Positions 14,789 through 24,348 of a DNA stretch of 39,224 nt are shown here, one piece after another (the first letter of the stretch is position 1; every line of letters starts with the position of its first letter). Position numbers and translations under genes: made by a program. This DNA comes from an uncultured Methanosarcinales archaeon (GTDB lineage: Archaea; Nanobdellota; Nanobdellia; Woesearchaeales; CAZYIM01). The notes beneath the pieces were generated by a model that did no database searches, was not told the origin of the DNA, and was given only the letters and a program-made list of their open reading frames with translations. Location of the stretch: positions 2,654-41,877 of the forward strand of contig CAZYIM010000025.1 of NCBI GenBank assembly GCA_964647565.1, written 5' to 3'.

Positions 14789-17647
14789 ATGGAACCAGAA
14801 AACAAATTAATCGAAGAAAGACTCAGAAAACTCAAGGAAATAAGAGAGATGGGAGTCAACCCGTATCCTTATTCATATAAACAAACACATCATGCTAAAG
14901 AAATCCTAGACAAGTTCGACAAAAAACTCAAAAAAGAGCAGACCACCAAGACCAAGGTCTCTGTTGCAGGCAGGATCATAACCCTTAGACGGATGGGAAG
15001 AGCTACTTTCATGCATCTCCAGGATGTGACAGGCAAGATCCAGCTATACTTAAGGGAAGATGATATCGGCAAAAAGAATTACAAATTCTTGAAAAAACTA
15101 GATATTGGCGATCATATCGGGGCAAAAGGCACTGTATTCAAGACAAAGACGGGCGAGACGTCTGTATATGTAAAGAAATGCAGTTTGTTATCCAAAACAT
15201 TAAGACCTTTGCCAGAGAAGTTCCACGGTCTTGCAGACCAGGAACTGAAGTATAGGATGAGGTATTTGGACCTTATTATAAACCAGGATGTCAAAGACAG
15301 GTTTATCATGCGGACCAAGGTCATCCAATATGTAAGGGAATTCCTAGACAAGCTCAATTTTATTGAAGTTGAAACCCCTGTCTTGCAGGTCATCTATGGA
15401 GGCACCAATGCAAAGCCTTTCAAGACTCACATCAATGCCTATAACATGCCTATGTACCTCAGGGTAGCACCAGAACTTTATCTGAAAAGACTGGTGGTTG
15501 GCGGCTTTGAAAGAGTGTATGAGATAGCAAGAAATTTTAGGAATGAGGGTGTTGACCAGACTCATAATCCTGAGTTCACAATGATCGAATGGTATGAAGC
15601 CTATGCCGACTACGATGTGATGATGGACCGAACAGAGGATATGTATAAGTTCATAGCCAAGAAACTCTTTGGCAAGGCAGAGATCGTAGTAGGCAAGAAA
15701 AAGATCAACCTGGCCAAGAAATGGCCGCGGATGCCCCTGGTTAAAGCCATCAAGAAATATGTTCATATCGATGTCATGAAAATGAGTGAGAAAGAACTTG
15801 CCCAATTCTGTGAAAAGAATGGTGTTGAAGTAAGAGATGGAACCAGCAAGGGCCAACTGATATTTGGAATATTTGACAAATTAGTATGTGATCATCTGAT
15901 CGATCCCATCTGGATAATAGACTATCCAAAAGAGGTCTCACCTCTTTCAAAGGTGCATAGGAAGGACGATTCCTTTGTAGAAAGATTCGAATGCTACATA
16001 GGCGGAAAAGAGATCGGTGATGGATGGTCAGAACTGATTGACCCGATAGGGCAAAGGCAAAGGTTTGAGCATGAGCAGGCAGAGATGCGGGCAGGCCAAG
16101 AGGATGCCCATCCAATGGATGAAGATTTCATCACCTGCCTCGAATATGGAATGCCTCCACTTGGAGGGATCGGCATAGGTATTGATCGATTAGTCATGCT
16201 TTTTACCAACCACTGGTCTATAAGGGATATCATGTTCTTCCCCATCATGAAACCTGAAGGCGGAGTGCAGACAAAAAATGATGCCAAACCAAAAGAATGT
16301 CTTTTCCTACTGGATGAAACTGTCAAGAAAAAATTTCCTGGCCTGAAAATAGGTGTTGCAGTAATCAAGGATGTCACAATAAAAAAAGAAGATAAAGAGC
16401 TTGAAAAAGAGAAAAAAAAGATAGTCAGCGAGATACAAAAGAAAGCAAAGGAACTGCTGAAAAGCTCAAAAAGCCTTAAGGCATATGAGGATCTATATAG
16501 AAAAACCGGTGTTGACTTCACCAAGAGGAAACCTTCTCCAACAGCTCTGCTAAAAAGGCTATCAGAAGGTAAGGATCTCTACAAGATCAACACCTTGGTT
16601 GATGTTGTCAATCTCTGTGTCATGAAGAACCAGATGTCAATGGGCGTCTTTAACTTCGACAAATTTAAACTGCCTGTTGTGCTGAGATTTGCCAAGAAAG
16701 GCGAGAAATTCCAGCCACTAGGAGAAAAGGAGTTCAAGGATCTTGATGAAGGTGAGATCATCTATGCAGACCAGGATATGGTTACTACCAGGGATTTAAA
16801 TTACCGGGATTGTGATAAATCCAAGATCACTGAAAAAGTCAAGAACATCATGTTCTTTGTAGACGGCACAGAAGCCAATACAGAAGAAGAGCTAAAAGAG
16901 ATCTTTGAAGATGCGATTGAACAGATAACAAGGTTTGTGGGCGGCACAGTTGAAAAGGTCATGTTCTCTTTTAAGAAAGCAGAAACTCCTAAGAAAAAAT
17001 CAGTCTCAAAGATGAAAACACATCCGATCTTCTGGGCTGATTTCTATGTTGGAGAGTTCGATGCCAAGGTTGTTAAGATTGAAGGCGACGAAGTAGTGCT
17101 TGACAAGACCTGTTTCTACGGAGAATCCGGCGGCCAGGCAGGAGACATCGGAACCCTGAACAAGATCAAAGTCATCAATACTCTCAACAATAAAAAAGAG
17201 ATAATCCATGTTTTAGCAAAGAAGCCAAGCTTCAAGACTGGTGACTCAGTGCATGGCAAGATAGACTGGGAAAAAAGGATCAACACCATGAGACTGCATT
17301 CAGCCAGCCATATAACAGAACATTTCCTGTTCAAGGAATTCGGAGAGCTGAAACGAATCGGCTCTGCTGTCAACGATGTCAAAGACAGGAGTGATTTTCT
17401 AAGTGATGAGAGTCTTGGCGGCGACAAGCTGAAAAAAGTTGAGGATGCCAGCAACAAATTCATAGCAGGCAAAAAGGATATCAAGATAATTGTTGATGAT
17501 GCAGGCTACAGGCTCTGGAAGTGTGAAGATATCGAAGACGGTTGTGGCGGAACTCACGTCAATAACACCAAAGAGATAGGCAAGATCAAGTTAAAGCGAG
17601 TCAACCTCGGCAAAGGCAAAGAACGGATTGAGACATATCTGTGTTGA
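14789..17647 (+). CDS. lysS: Class II lysyl-tRNA synthetase fused to a B3/4 domain and an AlaX-like editing domain
   Basis: LysRS-II motifs FIEVETP, YLRVAPELYLKRL, RNFRNEG...HNPEFT, YGMPPLGGIGIGIDRL; then B3/4 motifs PSPTALLKR, INTLVD, GEIIYAD; then AlaX motifs FYGESGGQ, HSASH, CGGTH. Confidence 0.92.
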   Translation: MEPENKLIEERLRKLKEIREMGVNPYPYSYKQTHHAKEILDKFDKKLKKEQTTKTKVSVAGRIITLRRMGRATFMHLQDVTGKIQLYLREDDIGKKNYKFLKKLDIGDHIGAKGTVFKTKTGETSVYVKKCSLLSKTLRPLPEKFHGLADQELKYRMRYLDLIINQDVKDRFIMRTKVIQYVREFLDKLNFIEVETPVLQVIYGGTNAKPFKTHINAYNMPMYLRVAPELYLKRLVVGGFERVYEIARNFRNEGVDQTHNPEFTMIEWYEAYADYDVMMDRTEDMYKFIAKKLFGKAEIVVGKKKINLAKKWPRMPLVKAIKKYVHIDVMKMSEKELAQFCEKNGVEVRDGTSKGQLIFGIFDKLVCDHLIDPIWIIDYPKEVSPLSKVHRKDDSFVERFECYIGGKEIGDGWSELIDPIGQRQRFEHEQAEMRAGQEDAHPMDEDFITCLEYGMPPLGGIGIGIDRLVMLFTNHWSIRDIMFFPIMKPEGGVQTKNDAKPKECLFLLDETVKKKFPGLKIGVAVIKDVTIKKEDKELEKEKKKIVSEIQKKAKELLKSSKSLKAYEDLYRKTGVDFTKRKPSPTALLKRLSEGKDLYKINTLVDVVNLCVMKNQMSMGVFNFDKFKLPVVLRFAKKGEKFQPLGEKEFKDLDEGEIIYADQDMVTTRDLNYRDCDKSKITEKVKNIMFFVDGTEANTEEELKEIFEDAIEQITRFVGGTVEKVMFSFKKAETPKKKSVSKMKTHPIFWADFYVGEFDAKVVKIEGDEVVLDKTCFYGESGGQAGDIGTLNKIKVINTLNNKKEIIHVLAKKPSFKTGDSVHGKIDWEKRINTMRLHSASHITEHFLFKEFGELKRIGSAVNDVKDRSDFLSDESLGGDKLKKVEDASNKFIAGKKDIKIIVDDAGYRLWKCEDIEDGCGGTHVNNTKEIGKIKLKRVNLGKGKERIETYLC

Positions 17648-17648
17648 A

Positions 17649-17972
17649 ATGGACAACTGCAATCAATGCGGTGTCTGCTGCAAACTCTTTGTTATAAATC
17701 TTAATGAAGAAGAATATCAATCAGGCAGATTTCAGACTGAATTTGAAGAGTTCGGACTTGTTGAATTCCTAGAAGCTGAATTGACTGGCGCAAACATATT
17801 AAAAAGAAGAAAAGATGGCAGTTGCATCTATCTAAAGGATACTAAATGTTCGATTCACCAAACAAGACCTCAAGTGTGCAGGGGATTCTTATGCAACTCA
17901 AAAAAAGAACAATTCCAAGACATGATAAGACAAATAAAGCTTGTGAAAAAGAAAAATGCGCAGAATAGGTAG
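17649..17972 (+). CDS. YkgJ/UPF0153 family cysteine-cluster protein
   Basis: CNQCGVCC, CIYL, CSIHQTRPQVCR; ATG 17649 sits 1 nt after the lysS stop. Confidence 0.85.
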   Translation: MDNCNQCGVCCKLFVINLNEEEYQSGRFQTEFEEFGLVEFLEAELTGANILKRRKDGSCIYLKDTKCSIHQTRPQVCRGFLCNSKKEQFQDMIRQIKLVKKKNAQNR

Positions 17973-18056
17973 TTACAAACATAAGGATTTTTTGTTCGGA
18001 TAGATTTATAAATAAATAGCACTTAAGTAACATAAAGAAAACATCTACTTAAAAAA

Positions 18057-18632
18057 ATGCTGGAAAAAGTCAAGAAATATGCAATCATTGCTGTCATCGC
18101 AATACTTTTCACATTATTCTCATTCAGCATTGTAGACATGGCAAGAGAAAAGCCAGATTATCTGGATTTTTGTACTGAAAGGCCGATGCCAGTTCCAAAA
18201 CCTCTTATGGAAAGAAACGTTTCGAATTGTCCAACGCCTCTTGAACCGACAAGCACTCAGATCGAAGAATGCAGAGCACAGGGCGGCAACATAGATTATG
18301 ATTATGATTCAAATGGTTGTGCGAGTGGTTTTGCCTGCAACACCTGCTATGCAAAGTTAGAAGAGGCAATGAAAGGCCATCGACTGCTCGGTTTCATCAT
18401 AACCAGCATCATGGCAGTCTTAGCCATAATCGCAGGGCTATACATAAGCTCCAAGAATGAGGTTGTAGAATCTGTCTTCTCAGGTATCTTAATCGGAGGC
18501 ATCATCACTCTTTTTGTTGGGACTATGAGCTACTTCAACGACATGGGACGGTTCATCAAACCATTCATCATTCTCGCAGAAATAGGAATTATCATCTGGA
18601 TTGCACTAAAGACCGCCAAAAAAAGAAAATAG
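18057..18632 (+). CDS. Membrane protein with Cys-rich extracellular loop
   Basis: One N-terminal and three C-terminal hydrophobic helices flanking a six-Cys loop. Confidence 0.75.
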   Translation: MLEKVKKYAIIAVIAILFTLFSFSIVDMAREKPDYLDFCTERPMPVPKPLMERNVSNCPTPLEPTSTQIEECRAQGGNIDYDYDSNGCASGFACNTCYAKLEEAMKGHRLLGFIITSIMAVLAIIAGLYISSKNEVVESVFSGILIGGIITLFVGTMSYFNDMGRFIKPFIILAEIGIIIWIALKTAKKRK

Positions 18633-18690
18633 TTCTAAAAAACAGATCATAGGGAAAAATTTTAATATAAACCTGTTTGCGTAATAATGA

Positions 18691-18873
18691 ATGGGAGGTA
18701 TAATAGGTTTTGTAAAAGACGTGTTCATAATCTATGTCTGCATCAGGCTTATGATGGTCTGGCTCTTTGGTGCTAAGTTCAGCACCAGTCTCGGAATGGC
18801 AATCCTTGCCCTGCTAATAGTATCTGTATTCTTCATGATGCAAAGAGTCGGAGTGATCCCTAAAGTAAAATAA
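18691..18873 (+). CDS. Small two-helix membrane protein
   Basis: 60-aa hydrophobic ORF with TATA-like TTTAATATA upstream. Confidence 0.6.
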   Translation: MGGIIGFVKDVFIIYVCIRLMMVWLFGAKFSTSLGMAILALLIVSVFFMMQRVGVIPKVK

Positions 18874-18891
18874 GAAAGCAGAGGAAAAATT

Positions 18892-19689
18892 TCATTTTTT
18901 TCTAAAATATCTTATAATCCCATAATCAGTTCTTTTCTTTTTTTGCTCTTCCAGATCTTTAGTCACTCTGTCGATTTGAGGATCCCTTGCAAACAAATTA
19001 CCCCTCGAGTAGTAATTATATGCCTCTGTCATCCTGCCTGTAAGACCTCCAGAGTATGAATTATTATTTGAAACAGTATGCACCTCATCTCTCCTGTTGT
19101 TGTAGTATGCAATCAAACCCTCTACTAGCAGATATAGGCTTATTTTTTCCCTGCCTTTATAGTTACAGGCGATTTCATTCATTGTCGCTACATCTTTAGG
19201 TCCTACTCGCAGTAATGTTGACTCAATCGGAGGAAGTTTTTTATTTTCGTTTATCAAGCTAGAGGTCCTTATTGCGGCCAATGCTGAAAGATGATATTTT
19301 TTCTTGACAGCCTTTATCCTCACGCAATCATCAGGCTGCGCAGACTCCCTGTAGAAAACATCATCTTGCCCAAAACAGGGCCATTTAAATTCCCAGTGCT
19401 TCATACAAGATATTGAGATATTGCCATCTTTTAGAGTTGACAGAATATTTCCATGCCCACTCCCATAAAACGACCATTGGGAGCTTGGATTCGGATAGTT
19501 CTCAACGAATTTGTTTACAACCGAAGATATGTCCTTATGGGACAACAGTCCTTCAATCTCTGGTTCAAGGTTAATATAAAAATTAAAACTCTCGTTTTCC
19601 TCAAATCCACCTTTGCGCTTTGTCCTTGCGAATGGCTTTACAACCAATTCAATTGCTTTTTTTGTGTGTTTTTCAGCTTCGTATTTCAT
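18892..19689 (-). CDS. Hypothetical protein
   Basis: 265-aa ORF filling the gap; TTATAAAA about 22 nt upstream on the minus strand. Confidence 0.65.
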   Translation of the reverse strand: MKYEAEKHTKKAIELVVKPFARTKRKGGFEENESFNFYINLEPEIEGLLSHKDISSVVNKFVENYPNPSSQWSFYGSGHGNILSTLKDGNISISCMKHWEFKWPCFGQDDVFYRESAQPDDCVRIKAVKKKYHLSALAAIRTSSLINENKKLPPIESTLLRVGPKDVATMNEIACNYKGREKISLYLLVEGLIAYYNNRRDEVHTVSNNNSYSGGLTGRMTEAYNYYSRGNLFARDPQIDRVTKDLEEQKKKRTDYGIIRYFRKK

Positions 19690-19726
19690 AATAAACAGCG
19701 AATCACAGGTGTTTTATAACAATTTG

Positions 19727-19744
19727 TGGTGTATTACTACACCA
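19727..19744. promoter_or_regulatory. Candidate operator palindrome TGGTGTA-N4-TACACCA between divergent TATA boxes
   Basis: Perfect 7-bp arms in the divergent intergenic region next to a TrmB gene. Confidence 0.5.
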
Positions 19745-19779
19745 AAAAATATATAAGAACATTCAACTTCCCAGGAGGT

Positions 19780-20508
19780 ATGGATTTGCAAAAGCTCAAA
19801 ACAATAGGCCTGACTGAAGGAGAGATCAAGGTATACTCTGTGCTGCTGTATCATGGATCATCCAACATAACAGTTATACACCAAAAAACAGGGCTTCAGA
19901 GGAGAGGTATTTATGACATCATTAACAGATTAATTGAGAAGGGAATAATATCTTATAGTGTTGAGAATAAGAAACGCTTGTTTAGTTGTACGCCACTCGA
20001 TAAGATTAAACAAAAAACCCAAAGCAGGATGGATGAACTAAAGGAACTGATGAATCTAGTCCCTCAATTGAAAGAATTAAAAGATTCTGTAATACCAGGC
20101 GTCAAATTTGAAACTTACAGAGGAAAAGAAGGCATGAAAGCCATCTTTGAGGAAATGCTTAACTATAAGGATATTTATGCAATAGCCGGCGGATTCAACA
20201 TAGTCAAGGAGCTGCCATATTTCTGGCCTAACTATAATAAAAGAAGAATAAAAAAGGGAGTCACCTGGCATAACCTTATACGGTGGGAACTAAAAGACAA
20301 GATTCCTGAAAAAAAACTAATGAAAATCAGAGTATTACCAAAGGATTTCAGTAAAAACCCAATTGTCATTGCAATCTACGGCAGCAAAGTCGTCCATCTT
20401 TATTGGCTCGAGGGCTTCTTTGCATTTATCCTTGATAGCCACCAGATGGCTGAAAACTATCTACAATATCATAAATTCTTATGGAACAACATAGCAGAAA
20501 GGATATAG
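19780..20508 (+). CDS. TrmB-family transcriptional regulator (wHTH + effector domain)
   Basis: LKTIGLTEGEIKVY...RRGIYDIINRLIEKGII; YRGKEGMK; IYGSKV. Start placed at ATG 19780 after GGAGG. Confidence 0.88.
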   Translation: MDLQKLKTIGLTEGEIKVYSVLLYHGSSNITVIHQKTGLQRRGIYDIINRLIEKGIISYSVENKKRLFSCTPLDKIKQKTQSRMDELKELMNLVPQLKELKDSVIPGVKFETYRGKEGMKAIFEEMLNYKDIYAIAGGFNIVKELPYFWPNYNKRRIKKGVTWHNLIRWELKDKIPEKKLMKIRVLPKDFSKNPIVIAIYGSKVVHLYWLEGFFAFILDSHQMAENYLQYHKFLWNNIAERI

Positions 20509-20542
20509 ATGTCCCAAACGGATAACCAATCCTAATCTAGTT

Positions 20543-21793
20543 TCACACAAACAAAAGCGCAGATATCAAACCTACCAATAGCACACTGATAAAAGGTAAG
20601 AGAATCTTTTTCTTGAATGCTTTTGAACCGAACATGACCACTATTCCGCCCTTGACTGCAGTGTTTACACATGCAGCAATGGTTATGGCAGTGACTGCAA
20701 CTTTATTGGTCACTTCTGTGCCTGCAAGCTGTGCCATGGATACAGTCACAGCATCAACATCTGCGAGCGCAGATATAATGGCGGCGCCATAGACTCCTAT
20801 AGAACCCAGATATATCTGTGCAGCCTTTGAGACAAACAGTATGATGGCAAAGAATATACCGAACTTAAGGGCCGGCCCTAAAGAGAATGGACTCTTTAAG
20901 TCAAGATCAGATGTTGGTGCCTTTGATTTTCTTGTCCAGAAATAAAGGGCGAACAAGAGGCCGACTGCAGCCATTGCAATCATGGGTACAAGAAGTGGTT
21001 TTAACAGAGCCTTGTTAAGGACAGCAACCTCGACTAACACCCTGATAAACATCATCGAAGATGCCAATAATATGCCAAAGACAAAGGGATTTGAGATCTG
21101 GCGGACCCTCTTACTCTGAGCAGACAAGCCCATTGCAACTGCTGTGCTGGACACAAAGCCACCCAGAAAGCTGGTGATGCCTATTCCCTTCTTGGTCCCG
21201 ACCATCTTCATAAGGACATATGCTGCAAAGCTAATGCCTGAAATGAAGACTATCATCAACCATATTATATAGGGATTCAAGACACTCAGTGGACCATAGG
21301 TTTTATTGGGCAGGAAAGGCAGGATAACAAAGGCAATTACTGCAAATTTGATTGTTGCCACAATATCTTCCCTAGATACCCTAGATGTAAACTTGTGAAG
21401 CCAACTCTTGGATGCAAGGATAAGAGTGATTATTATTGCCAATATAATCCCAAAGATCATCTCACCGTAGGCACAGAGCACACCCACAAAAAAGGCCATG
21501 AATATTGCTAACTCTGAAGTGCCACCTGGCTCTCTATGCTTTACTGAGATTATCCAATAACTGACAATAGTCAACACGCCTATGATAGAAAATGCAACTA
21601 CTAAAAATATCGATCCATATAATTGTGCAAAATAAGCAGATATGGCACCGTAAAGAGTTATGAACATGTACGTCCTAATGCCTGCAAAATATAATTTCTT
21701 ATTATGGAGCATCTTTCGCTCCCTATCTATACCCATCAATACTCCCAGAACAAGTGCAACCACAAACCTGAATAAGTATGCTGCTTCTATCAA
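20543..21793 (-). CDS. MgtC/SapB family membrane protein with DUF4010
   Basis: GIDRE, FAGIRT, GTSE, LPFLP, GGFVSSTA, ADVDA motifs; TTG start 21793 after GGGGTGA SD. Confidence 0.9.
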   Translation of the reverse strand: MIEAAYLFRFVVALVLGVLMGIDRERKMLHNKKLYFAGIRTYMFITLYGAISAYFAQLYGSIFLVVAFSIIGVLTIVSYWIISVKHREPGGTSELAIFMAFFVGVLCAYGEMIFGIILAIIITLILASKSWLHKFTSRVSREDIVATIKFAVIAFVILPFLPNKTYGPLSVLNPYIIWLMIVFISGISFAAYVLMKMVGTKKGIGITSFLGGFVSSTAVAMGLSAQSKRVRQISNPFVFGILLASSMMFIRVLVEVAVLNKALLKPLLVPMIAMAAVGLLFALYFWTRKSKAPTSDLDLKSPFSLGPALKFGIFFAIILFVSKAAQIYLGSIGVYGAAIISALADVDAVTVSMAQLAGTEVTNKVAVTAITIAACVNTAVKGGIVVMFGSKAFKKKILLPFISVLLVGLISALLFV

Positions 21794-21914
21794 ATGAATC
21801 ACCCCACTAATGTAATGTAAAAGATAACATAGTAAGGGATTTATAAAATTTTCTGAAAAAAAAAGATTTCTTGTCAAAACCTCGAAAAACTATTTAAAAA
21901 CTAAAAAAATTCGA

Positions 21915-23072
21915 ATGACAATGACAAAAAAACTACTGTTGAACTTTGTGTATTGCAATCCTGCAGGCCACGTAATCGAAGCTATCAAGTTTGCAAGGGG
22001 CTATTATGATGCAAATAAAGACTTAGAAGTGCATCTGTTACTAAATAAAAGAATGCCCTGCGAGATAGCCAGGGCCTGTGACTGGATCAAGAAAATCTAT
22101 GAAGTAGATGCTTTTAGATTCTATGAAAACGAAAATAGATCTCCTTTCTCTGAGAAGATTGCAAAGACATGGGACTTTGTTGTTACAGATGAAAGAGCTA
22201 TTAACTGTTATGGAATGGAACCTCCTCTAGCTGAGTTCCATAGAAAATTCAAGGATTATTTCAAAGCAAAGGAATGGAAAGGATATACAAATGCATGGTA
22301 TCATGGATTGCAGCCTGACTTTTTCAAGTACAAACCAGACTCAAAGGTCACACTCAAACTGCCAAAAGAAGCAACTGAGTATGCTAAAAGATACAATCAC
22401 AAAGGTGAAAAGATTTGCATCATGCTAGGCGGTTCTGCTTCAGCAGCTAAATACCCATCAATAAATGCATGGATAAAGATTATCGATGCAATTAACAACT
22501 CCTTTAAAAATCCGAAGATTTTTCTTACAGGTGTTAGAAAAAGTAATGCTGGCAGGACTTCAACAAGAGCATATGCTGATGAAGATATTCAAAAATTACT
22601 CAATAAATTTAAAAATTCTGTTGACTGCTACGATATAGGCTTATGGAACCAAGTGTCTCTGATGCAAAAATGTGATGTTTTTATTGCACCACACACAGGA
22701 TTTGCATTCCTAGCCCCTTGTGTTGGAACTCCCTGGCTTGCATTATCAGGAAATGAATGGCCAGAATTCCTGTTCAATAAGACACCGTTTTACTCTGTTC
22801 TTCCTGACTGCAGGAAATATCCTTGCTACAAGGGGATTAAAAAAACCTGCACAGACAGAAGAAAAAAAGGCAAGCAGGACATTTGCATGAGTGATGAACA
22901 GTTAAGCAGGAAAACCGATGAAATAATTAAAGGAATAAGGCTACTCCTGGACAAGTCATACAGTTATAATAAAGCAATGACTCTTCATTGTAAAAAGATA
23001 AGGAACTCGAACATTAATAAAAAAGACATATTCTCTTTTGACAGAGTTATAGAAAACACAATGAACAGCTAA
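21915..23072 (+). CDS. GT-B glycosyltransferase, family 9-like
   Basis: CDVFIAPHTGFAFLAPCVGTPWLAL resembles the GT9 C-terminal motif; GHVIE N-terminal motif. Confidence 0.7.
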   Translation: MTMTKKLLLNFVYCNPAGHVIEAIKFARGYYDANKDLEVHLLLNKRMPCEIARACDWIKKIYEVDAFRFYENENRSPFSEKIAKTWDFVVTDERAINCYGMEPPLAEFHRKFKDYFKAKEWKGYTNAWYHGLQPDFFKYKPDSKVTLKLPKEATEYAKRYNHKGEKICIMLGGSASAAKYPSINAWIKIIDAINNSFKNPKIFLTGVRKSNAGRTSTRAYADEDIQKLLNKFKNSVDCYDIGLWNQVSLMQKCDVFIAPHTGFAFLAPCVGTPWLALSGNEWPEFLFNKTPFYSVLPDCRKYPCYKGIKKTCTDRRKKGKQDICMSDEQLSRKTDEIIKGIRLLLDKSYSYNKAMTLHCKKIRNSNINKKDIFSFDRVIENTMNS

Positions 23073-23076
23073 CCAG

Positions 23077-23337
23077 TTATTTATCCTTTTTAATAATCAA
23101 ATTGTCAACAGAAACATCATTGATATACGTCATATTATTTGACTGAACACAACTTACCCTAAAATTAACATTCACATTCGATGATTGCAGATATTTTCTA
23201 TTAACAACGTGTATAGTTCCGTTGCTCTTAGAATCTATGCCAGGAAGATCTCCCTGCTCAATAAGGTATTTCTTGCCGTTGTAGCTAAGCCTGACACCCT
23301 TACCACAATAATACTCCAGACAGTTGATTTCCTTCAT
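23077..23337 (-). CDS. Small hypothetical protein
   Basis: 86-aa ORF with TTTATATA about 22 nt upstream of the ATG. Confidence 0.6.
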   Translation of the reverse strand: MKEINCLEYYCGKGVRLSYNGKKYLIEQGDLPGIDSKSNGTIHVVNRKYLQSSNVNVNFRVSCVQSNNMTYINDVSVDNLIIKKDK

Positions 23338-23379
23338 GAGAAAAAGAAATCAGAATAACTATATAAATCTGAGTTTTTT

Positions 23380-23506
23380 AAGGGCTTTGTAGAAAAAGTA
23401 CTACTCCACAAATTCTTTGCAGAATTTGCTACGCCTGACCAAGGCAAGAATGTTTACGCATTCATTGCCTGACTAGGCTCAGACGCTCTTTTTCTACAAA
23501 GCCTTT
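23380..23506. repeat. Structured intergenic element with 16-bp perfect terminal inverted repeats (MITE-like or ncRNA)
   Basis: GGCTTTGTAGAAAAAG (23383-23398) / CTTTTTCTACAAAGCC (23488-23503); internal hairpins 23409-23428 and 23433-23478. Confidence 0.65.
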
Positions 23507-23575
23507 TTTATGCTAAAAAAATTAAACAATGTCAAGACCACTTCAAATAAAATTAATGATTTCTACATTTTGTTG

Positions 23576-24253
23576 CTAATCCAACAATCTAATCAGCTTC
23601 AACAGTTCAATCGCTTTCCTAGGATTGCCTCTTCCAATTGGATAGTAACAGGGAATAACCTTATAGCAAGTATCACCTATATTACAATAATAGAATTCTA
23701 CTTTTCCTGTTTTCATAGCAGTTTCATAATATTCAGAAAGCTTGATCTTCTCATCAACCATTGCATTCAAGGGTATCAGGCCAAATGCAATTATGTATTT
23801 TGGTTTTATCAGTTCGACTTCTTTTTCAAATATCTTCCTGTAGAGCTCTATAAACCTCGCATTTGGAAGTGTTGCATCAAATCCTGTGTTTTTTACAATG
23901 TTGGTTAAGTAAATGCTTTGTTCTTCAAGGTGTTTTTTTACCTGCAATGTAAAATCTACTGACCAGTCTGTATTTGTCCTGATTTGATCAAGCAAGTTTT
24001 CATCTGTGAAAATACCTGCTTTTGCAAATTCAATCCAAGGTCTCTTTCTTCCAATAAAAGGAAACTTCGGACCACACCATCCTGGGTGAGAGCTTATGTT
24101 TCTCTTTGTTGGATTTATGAATACTATCATGAATTTTGGATTCTGCTCCTTGCCACCTCCAAGAATTGGAGAAAACTCATTATCAGGAAAATGTTTTTGA
24201 GTGAATTTATCTACATAGTCCCATAACCGGCTTAAATGTATAATTTTTTCCAT
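23576..24253 (-). CDS. Uracil-DNA glycosylase superfamily protein (atypical)
   Basis: PFIGR, IYLTNIVK, EVELIKPKYIIAFG, PCYYP follow the UDG family 4/5-like layout. Confidence 0.75.
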   Translation of the reverse strand: MEKIIHLSRLWDYVDKFTQKHFPDNEFSPILGGGKEQNPKFMIVFINPTKRNISSHPGWCGPKFPFIGRKRPWIEFAKAGIFTDENLLDQIRTNTDWSVDFTLQVKKHLEEQSIYLTNIVKNTGFDATLPNARFIELYRKIFEKEVELIKPKYIIAFGLIPLNAMVDEKIKLSEYYETAMKTGKVEFYYCNIGDTCYKVIPCYYPIGRGNPRKAIELLKLIRLLD

Positions 24254-24348
24254 TCAGAAAAAAAAATAAAATGGAAATATAAATCTATTGCAAAAAAGAA
24301 GTATTTTGAGTAAAAAATAGTATATTAAAGCCAAGGGTTCTTAACTAA

